Positions 57,465 through 64,000 of a DNA stretch of 64,000 bases are shown here, piece by piece. Source of the DNA: Planctomycetota bacterium (lineage in GTDB: Bacteria > Planctomycetota > UBA8108 > SXIK01); assembly GCA_965223265.1 (NCBI GenBank), contig OZ244999.1:6368001-6432000 (forward strand). Reading direction: 5' to 3'. The number at the start of each line of letters is the position of its first letter. Position 1 is the first letter of the stretch. The notes beneath the pieces are model-generated. The model saw only the letters and a list, made by a program, of their open reading frames with translations, was not told where the DNA came from and did not search any database. The position numbers and the translations under genes are program-made.

Positions 57465-58434
57465 ATTCTTTCGCGCCGTCGGCAGCGCGGCGGCGATCGG
57501 CCTCGCGGCACCATCAGCTTCACGGTTGCGAGTGTTTTCCGGCACGATCCCCGAGACTACGACGACGTCGAAGAAGCCTCTCGTGATCGACACTCACATG
57601 CACGTGTGGAGCCACGACGCGGCGAGGTTCCCCCTCGCTGCGGGAATTCAGGCTCGCGGTAGCGCCGGCACGGTGGAAGTCCTCGCCGAGGAAATGGACG
57701 AGGCCGGGGTCGATCACTGTGTCCTCGTTCAGTCCATTCACCATCAGTGGGACAACCGATACGTCGCCCACTGCCTCCGGCAACACCCGCAGCGTTTCCG
57801 CGTTCAAGGTCTCGTCGACCCGACGAAGCAAGATGCCGCCGAGAGACTCGAGTATTGGATGCGCGAACATGGCTTCTCCGGCATCCGGCTGCGACCCATC
57901 TACCATCGCGGCAACGACGGTTGGCTCCATGACAAATCGAGCTACCCGCTCTGGAGAACAGCCGAGAAACTGAACGCGATTTTCAATTTCTACATCGGCA
58001 CTGAGCAGCTTCCCAAGCTCGAGCTCATGCTGCGCCGCTTTCCACGCGTCAAGGTCGTGATCGACCATCTGAGCCAGATCGATCTGAAGACCGCAGACCC
58101 GCTGCCCGAAATGAAAAGACTGTTGGCCTTGGCACGCTACCCGCAAGTGTTCGTGAAGGTCTCCGAGTTGGCATCGGTTTCGAGTAGCGGGATTTACCCC
58201 TACAGCGACTCGTATCCGTGGATCAAACTCGTCTATGACGCGTTCAGCCCGGATCGACTGTTGTGGGGTACCGGCTACCCAGGATCCAAGGCACGCGCGA
58301 CGGCACGCCGGCCAAGTGTCGATCTGGAGTTAGCCTTGATCCGAGAGAAGATTCCCTTTTTGACGCCGACCGATCAAAAGAAGATCCTCGGCCTCAACGC
58401 TCAAAAACTTTGGAATTTCGGTGAGCGCGTTTGA
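57415..58434 (+). CDS. Tat-exported amidohydrolase_2 family protein
   Basis: TRREFF signal; IDTHMHVW, IDHL, RLLWGTGYP. Confidence 0.87.
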   Translation: MPMSSQRLSRQTTTRREFFRAVGSAAAIGLAAPSASRLRVFSGTIPETTTTSKKPLVIDTHMHVWSHDAARFPLAAGIQARGSAGTVEVLAEEMDEAGVDHCVLVQSIHHQWDNRYVAHCLRQHPQRFRVQGLVDPTKQDAAERLEYWMREHGFSGIRLRPIYHRGNDGWLHDKSSYPLWRTAEKLNAIFNFYIGTEQLPKLELMLRRFPRVKVVIDHLSQIDLKTADPLPEMKRLLALARYPQVFVKVSELASVSSSGIYPYSDSYPWIKLVYDAFSPDRLLWGTGYPGSKARATARRPSVDLELALIREKIPFLTPTDQKKILGLNAQKLWNFGERV

Positions 58435-58480
58435 CCATGAAACTGGCCTTCGACAACCTCCTCTTTCGTGCCTTGCCGCA

Positions 58481-58927
58481 ATGACGCAGCCGTCGCCGAA
58501 ACAGCTCACGCCCGCCGAAGTCTCCACGCTTGCCCGCGAGGTCATCGCGGACGACCGTTTCCCCTATCTCGCAACTCTCGACGGCGATCAACCACGTCTG
58601 AGGCCGGTTTCTCCCGTAAAGACCGAAGGGTTCGTCGTCTACGTCGCGAATCTGCGCTCTTACCACAAAACGGTAGAAATCGCGGCGAACCCGAGGGTCG
58701 AGCTTTGCTACCTCGACGAGCGACACAACCAAGTACGCATCACTGGACGAGCCCACGTGGTCGAGGAACCGTCCGTGCTCCAAGAAATCTGGGACGCGAA
58801 CCCCCTCCTGCGACAATACCTCGGCTCGATCGACAACCCCGAATTGATCGTCTACCGCATCGAACCGAGTCGTGTCCGTTATATGCAAGAGTGGGCGCTC
58901 TCTTATTACGAAGTCGATCTGGCTTGA
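58481..58927 (+). CDS. Pyridoxamine 5'-phosphate oxidase-like FMN-binding protein
   Basis: LATLDGDQPRLRP, KTVEIAANPRVELC, QVRITG. Confidence 0.85.
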   Translation: MTQPSPKQLTPAEVSTLAREVIADDRFPYLATLDGDQPRLRPVSPVKTEGFVVYVANLRSYHKTVEIAANPRVELCYLDERHNQVRITGRAHVVEEPSVLQEIWDANPLLRQYLGSIDNPELIVYRIEPSRVRYMQEWALSYYEVDLA

Positions 58928-59072
58928 CAGCCTGTTGAATCGCGTGCGGAGACTGGGTCGACTCACCAGCAACTCAGAGGGATTCAAGAGACGACGCCGG
59001 CGACCGAGAAGCTATCGTCGCTGCCATGCACGTAAGCCCGACGACCCAACATCTTCCCCACGAAGAAGAATC

Positions 59073-62000
59073 ATGAGCGGAAAATCGATGCTATTGATCC
59101 ACCACCCCCTCCTCGCAGTGTTCGTCTTCGCGACAACCATGCAGACGATAGCTGAGGATGGGCGCACGCGTTGGCTTCCAGAGCGCGGCGTCAGCGCCCA
59201 TCGCGGTGCAAGCACCACTCACCCCGAGAACACCCTCGCAGCGCTCCGCGAAGCACTACGCCTTGGCGCCCATCAGATCGAATTCGACGTCGCCATGTCG
59301 CGCGACGAAAAGCTTGTGCTGCTGCACGACGACACGGTCGATCGGACGACAAACGGCCGCGGCAAGGTGGTCGACCTGACGCTCAAACAACTCAAGGAGC
59401 TCGACGCTGGGGCATGGAAAGGTGCTCGATTCGCGGGCGAACGCATCCCGACTCTCGATGAGGCCTTAGCGCTGATGCCGCAGAACATCTGGCTCAACAT
59501 CCATCTCAAAGGCGGCGAGAAGTTGGCTCGCAGAGTCACGCAGCGCCTCGTCGTGCACGATCGACTCCACCAATCTTTTCTCGCCTGCTCGGCTCCGGCC
59601 GCTCGTGCCGCCAAGGAAACCAGCGCGGCCGTCAAGATCTGCAACATGGAGCGCCAAGCGAATTCGACGGCGTACGTAGATCAAACGATCGCTGCCGGAT
59701 CCGATTTCATCCAACTCCTCGGCGGTCAATCCGTGTCGCGGGAGCACGTCGAGAAACTCAAGGCTCACGGGGTGCGCATCAACTACTGCTGCACGAACGA
59801 TGAGAATCAGCTCAGCGATTTACTAGCAGTTGGCGTTGAGTTCCCGCTCGTCGACGACTTGGCGACGATGCTTTCCGTCGCTGAAGCGGCTGGCGTTCCG
59901 CGTCTCGTTCCTCGTTACCGCGGCAGCGGCGACGGCAAGGATGTGCCAACACTCCGCTTTTCGGAGCACCTGATCGCTGGCGGCTATGCTTACCCTTACG
60001 GCATCGGCGTCGCCGACTTCGATGGCGACGGCGATCTCGACATCACAAGTGCCGACTATCAGCCGCATAACCACCTCTACCTGTACGAAAACCGCGGCGG
60101 CGGAACGTTTCGACGAAGATTCGTCCAAAGAAACGACGGCCGCCGACTGGAGCGTCACATGAATGGCGACGTCGACGGCGATGGTGATCCAGACGTCGTC
60201 ATCGTCAAGAACCTCTATGGCCATCTCCTGTGGTTCGAAAACGGCGGCGCTCCCATGAACGAAGACTCCTGGTCACGCCACGTCATCACGACGGATCTTC
60301 CGGGCGCGTACAATGTCGACCTCGCCGACTTCGATAGCGACGGCGACCTCGATGTCGTCGCCTCGAGCTGGGTTTTGGGCAACCAGTTCTCCTGGTTCGA
60401 AAACGATGGGACACCGGCGAGCGGCGAGTGGAGAAAATTCATCATCGAAGCCGATTTGCAGGAAACGAGAGGTGTACGCGTCGCTGACTTCGACGGCGAC
60501 GGCGACTTCGACGTCTACGGAACGGCCCCGGGTGCCGGTGAAGTGAATTGGTACGAGAACCCTGGCGATCCGAGTGAACGGAGCTGGGCAAAGCACGTCG
60601 TCGATCGCGCCCCTCGACCGATGCACGGCGATCCAATCGACGTCGATGGAGATGGCGACATTGACATTGTGCAAGCACTCGGTATGGCGTGGCCGCGCAT
60701 CGATCCCGAATCGCATCATATTGTGTGGTATGAAAACGTTGCTCCTGGCTCGACGGATTCGCCCGATTCGCGAACGTGGGTGCGCCACGTGATCGCTGAC
60801 GACTTTCCAGACGCGTTCGAAGCGGTGGCGGACGATCTCGATGGTGACGGGGATGTTGACGTGGCGGCGACTTCGTGGCGTCAGCCGGGATGCGTCGCCT
60901 GGTTCGAGAATCAAGGTGAAGACTCGTGGCGACGGCACAATCTCAAGAACAATTGGCGAAGCGCCAACAATCTCCTCATCGCCGACCTTGACGGCGATGG
61001 GCGTCGCGACATCCTCGCGGCGGCCGAGCACACAAGCTACGAGCTACGCTGGTGGCGAAACGAAGGGCACGCGCCACCAGGGCCGTTCAACTTGACGCGT
61101 GTGGCTCAACGCGTGCTGCGCACGGTATCACACCAAGGCGCCAAGGGAGTCGCTCCGGCGAATACGCTGGCTGCCATTCGCGCCGGCCTTGCCGCCGGCG
61201 CGACGACGATAGAAGTGGACGTCCGCAGCAGTAAGGACGGCGTCCCAGTGCTGCGCCACGACGCAACTCTCGACGCAAGCACGGACGGCACTGGGCCCGT
61301 TCGCGACAAGACACTGGCAGAACTGAAGCTGCTAGACGCGGGCTCGTGGTTCGACCCACGATTCGCAGACGAGCGCGTGCCGACCTTGCGTGAAGCGTTA
61401 GAGCTTTGCCGCGGCGACGTCGAGATTCTCCTCGATCTCAAAGAATCCAGCGCTGAGTTCCATGCCGCCGTCGCGGCGGCGGTGCGAGCCTACGGCGAGA
61501 TGGGCCGAACGACCCTTGGTGTACGCAGTGTCGAACAAGCGCGCTTCTTTCGCCAAGCGATCGGCACGTCACGCCAGCTCGGTCTCATTCCGGACGCGAG
61601 CGATATCGAGGCGTTCGCTGCCGCCGGGGTGCAGAGCATTCGTCTGAAGAAGAGCTGGCTCAAGGATGCCGACATCGTCGCGCGCCATCGGAAGAGCAAA
61701 TTGGACCTCCTCATCAGCAGCATGACGGGTTCGCGTCGCGAAGTGCTCGCTGCACTGGCATTCGAGCCCGACGCGATCGTCTCTGATCACCCCGCTCGTC
61801 TCCTAGCATCGCTGCGTAAGCTTCGAGGAGATCTGGCGCCCCCCGACTCGGTTGCTGCGCCCCGTTCGCCTGTCGACTTACGCGCGGCACGTCGGCGCGC
61901 AGCTCACCGACGTCGCCGCATCATCATGAACAACGACGGCAACGACTGTCGCTCACCTGAAGCAGGCGAACCGCGCACACGCGAGCACTTTCTTTCGAAA

Positions 62001-63062
62001 CGTACCGCACCGCTGATCGACTCGCATGTCGACGCCATCTTCTACTGCACTGGAGTGTTCGGCTTTTACAAGCATGAAAGCCGCCTCACGGAGCTGCGAA
62101 AACACGGCACGCGCCACGAGGAAGACTGGGCGTGGGAGCTCGGGATCCACGGCGCCGACGTTCTCGCCTCGGTGATCGGATTCGCGCACGCGCACGAAAA
62201 GGAACTCTTCTGGTCCATGCGCATGAACGACACACACGACTCCAAGTACGACGCTGCAATGAGTGAATGGAAGCGATCACACCCAGAGCTTCTGGTCGGC
62301 AAGAAAGGCGAGTCCTTTGAATATGGGCGCTGTCGCTGGCAAGGGCGTTGGTCGTCGCTTGACTATGAGCGCCCCGAAGTGCGGGAACGCGCGTTTCTCA
62401 TTCTGAGAGATGTCGCTACCCGCTACGATGTTGACGGGCTCGAGCTCGATTTCTTTCGCCATCCCATCTACTTCAAGCCGCAAATGTTCGGTGAGCCGGT
62501 GACGCAGCGCCACTGCGACATCATGACGCGGTTTCTACGTCGTGTGCGTGGCATGACCGAAGCGGAATCGGCACGCCGCGGCCGACCACTGCTCATCGCG
62601 GTGCGCCTCCCGGATTCGATCGGCTACGCTAAGGCAATCGGCCTCGACCTCGTGAGATGGCTCGAGGATGACCTCGTCGACATCGTCACCGGTGGCGGGT
62701 ACTTTCACCTCGAGCCATGGGACAACTTGGCGACACTCGGAAAAACCTACGACGTTCCGGTCTACGCCTGCCTCAGCGCCTCGCGGCTTGGGTTTCCGGC
62801 AGCGGGAGCCGATCGCTTCAACCGCCGCCGCGTCGTCGGCCGGGAAGTGTGGCGCGGGGAAGCGCTCCGCGCTTGGGATTCAGGCGTCAGCGGCATATAC
62901 ATCTTCAACCTCTTCGATCCACACGACGCCGTGTTCGGCGAGCTCGGCGATCCCGATCTGTTGCGAACTCTCGGGCACCGCTACCAGCCGCAGCCCGGGC
63001 GCATCGATCACTGGTTGAAGGGAGGCGAGCAGTTCATCCGCCTTCCCATGGCGGACGACTAA
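59073..63062 (+). CDS. Multidomain protein: GDPD + FG-GAP propeller + GDPD + glycoside-hydrolase-like TIM barrel
   Basis: AHRGASTTHPENT...EFDV; seven DxDGDGDxD-type repeats; HQGAKGVAPANT...EVDV; IIMNNDGND...SMRMND...YDVDGLELDFFR. Confidence 0.85.
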   Translation: MSGKSMLLIHHPLLAVFVFATTMQTIAEDGRTRWLPERGVSAHRGASTTHPENTLAALREALRLGAHQIEFDVAMSRDEKLVLLHDDTVDRTTNGRGKVVDLTLKQLKELDAGAWKGARFAGERIPTLDEALALMPQNIWLNIHLKGGEKLARRVTQRLVVHDRLHQSFLACSAPAARAAKETSAAVKICNMERQANSTAYVDQTIAAGSDFIQLLGGQSVSREHVEKLKAHGVRINYCCTNDENQLSDLLAVGVEFPLVDDLATMLSVAEAAGVPRLVPRYRGSGDGKDVPTLRFSEHLIAGGYAYPYGIGVADFDGDGDLDITSADYQPHNHLYLYENRGGGTFRRRFVQRNDGRRLERHMNGDVDGDGDPDVVIVKNLYGHLLWFENGGAPMNEDSWSRHVITTDLPGAYNVDLADFDSDGDLDVVASSWVLGNQFSWFENDGTPASGEWRKFIIEADLQETRGVRVADFDGDGDFDVYGTAPGAGEVNWYENPGDPSERSWAKHVVDRAPRPMHGDPIDVDGDGDIDIVQALGMAWPRIDPESHHIVWYENVAPGSTDSPDSRTWVRHVIADDFPDAFEAVADDLDGDGDVDVAATSWRQPGCVAWFENQGEDSWRRHNLKNNWRSANNLLIADLDGDGRRDILAAAEHTSYELRWWRNEGHAPPGPFNLTRVAQRVLRTVSHQGAKGVAPANTLAAIRAGLAAGATTIEVDVRSSKDGVPVLRHDATLDASTDGTGPVRDKTLAELKLLDAGSWFDPRFADERVPTLREALELCRGDVEILLDLKESSAEFHAAVAAAVRAYGEMGRTTLGVRSVEQARFFRQAIGTSRQLGLIPDASDIEAFAAAGVQSIRLKKSWLKDADIVARHRKSKLDLLISSMTGSRREVLAALAFEPDAIVSDHPARLLASLRKLRGDLAPPDSVAAPRSPVDLRAARRRAAHRRRRIIMNNDGNDCRSPEAGEPRTREHFLSKRTAPLIDSHVDAIFYCTGVFGFYKHESRLTELRKHGTRHEEDWAWELGIHGADVLASVIGFAHAHEKELFWSMRMNDTHDSKYDAAMSEWKRSHPELLVGKKGESFEYGRCRWQGRWSSLDYERPEVRERAFLILRDVATRYDVDGLELDFFRHPIYFKPQMFGEPVTQRHCDIMTRFLRRVRGMTEAESARRGRPLLIAVRLPDSIGYAKAIGLDLVRWLEDDLVDIVTGGGYFHLEPWDNLATLGKTYDVPVYACLSASRLGFPAAGADRFNRRRVVGREVWRGEALRAWDSGVSGIYIFNLFDPHDAVFGELGDPDLLRTLGHRYQPQPGRIDHWLKGGEQFIRLPMADD

Positions 63063-63077
63063 TCCCTCACCCGCCCC

Positions 63078-64000
63078 TCAACCTCGAGTTCGACCGTGCG
63101 CTGCTTCGGGTTTCTCGCTCGACCCTTCCAGCGGCAACGCCTCCGGACGAGCCCGCACCGAGATCTGTTCTGAGACGATCTCCCGGCCGCCGTAATCCAG
63201 CAGCCGCAGCGCCATTTGACCGCCCTCCGGCCCAATCGGAATCTCCACGCTCCACGCCTTGCGCGCGAAACGCACAACACCCTCCCGCCCATCGAGCTGA
63301 GCACGATGGGCAAAGAGCGGCGCGGTGCCGCGCACGCGGAGAAGGTCCGGGAGATCGCTGCGTCGGACGCGTTTGACAGATCTGATGCGAAAACGAGCGC
63401 GCGGCACCGCGTCGGAGACAAACTTGCGCCGTCCTTTGGCAAACGACTCAAACGGCGACATTTCTACGCCGGCGTGGTCGCCGATCTCCTTGAGCGTACG
63501 TCCAAGCTCTTTGGACGTAAACTTCCTCTGCGCCAAGAAGGATAGGTAGCTGAAGAAACGCTGCCGATACTTCGGCACCCCCATAAGCCGCACGAAGCTA
63601 CGAAACCGGTCGTGAAAGAGGGTGTACCCCGTCCGCGACGGACTCCACGACGCGCTGTAGTCGCAGTCGAACGGCAACATGTGCCATCGTCCGTCGTGCG
63701 GCGACTTGTAGATAAACGCGTTCTTACCGCGGCGGCGACCGAACGCGTCTTGGTCGGTAACCATGGCCCGAACTGCGAGAACCCGTAGCCACTCGTCGAC
63801 ATCCACAAGCTCCTCGACGCGCTTGAGAAACACGCGATCCGAAGTGTGTTCCGGATCCATAAGCTTGATCAATTCGATCAGAGGCTCAAAGTCATCATCC
63901 GCGCTGTGGCTGCCACGCGGTGGAAAGTGCCAACGGTAAACCTCTGGATCCGGCGAGACGTACTCCAGCCGAGCGTGAGTGTTTTCTCGCTGAGCGACGG
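63078..64000 (-). CDS. CotH kinase family protein, 5' end outside the window
   Basis: Frame is open to the window edge; DVDEWLR...DQD...KNAFIY...WHMLPFDCD. Confidence 0.78.
   Translation of the reverse strand, partial: VAQRENTHARLEYVSPDPEVYRWHFPPRGSHSADDDFEPLIELIKLMDPEHTSDRVFLKRVEELVDVDEWLRVLAVRAMVTDQDAFGRRRGKNAFIYKSPHDGRWHMLPFDCDYSASWSPSRTGYTLFHDRFRSFVRLMGVPKYRQRFFSYLSFLAQRKFTSKELGRTLKEIGDHAGVEMSPFESFAKGRRKFVSDAVPRARFRIRSVKRVRRSDLPDLLRVRGTAPLFAHRAQLDGREGVVRFARKAWSVEIPIGPEGGQMALRLLDYGGREIVSEQISVRARPEALPLEGSSEKPEAAHGRTRG

Overview
GC-rich bacterial chromosomal segment, most likely from a Planctomycetota member. This is inferred from PSD1/DUF1549-DUF1553 and DUF1501 genes, a planctomycete-type cytochrome c domain, a PVC-type CxxCH protein, a TPR-RNAP alpha-CTD protein and dockerin-like secreted proteins. 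It holds about 40 protein genes. Housekeeping: glnE, ruvA, acpS, pcrA/uvrD, xerC, nadX, an aminotransferase, wecB. Others: a Rieske/cytochrome b-c module, a TPR-histidine kinase-OmpR operon and many secreted hydrolases. There is one tRNA-His(GUG). No transposase, cas gene or prophage was seen. The non-coding DNA is rich in structure: a GTAG-type REP pair expanded into a 68-bp tandem array, two families of short inverted-repeat elements (MITE-like, TTAA/CTAA flanks, one with compensatory base changes, often at gene 3' ends), a 30-bp VNTR and an in-frame hexamer microsatellite. Best leads: (i) a Cys-capped dockerin-like C-terminal tag shared by unrelated secreted proteins, including a TIMP-like domain; (ii) cytochrome b fused to three haem c domains through a (DT)n linker; (iii) the covarying MITE-like elements; (iv) a GlnD-ACT::GlnE fusion. 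All family assignments come from motif recognition by eye, not database searches.
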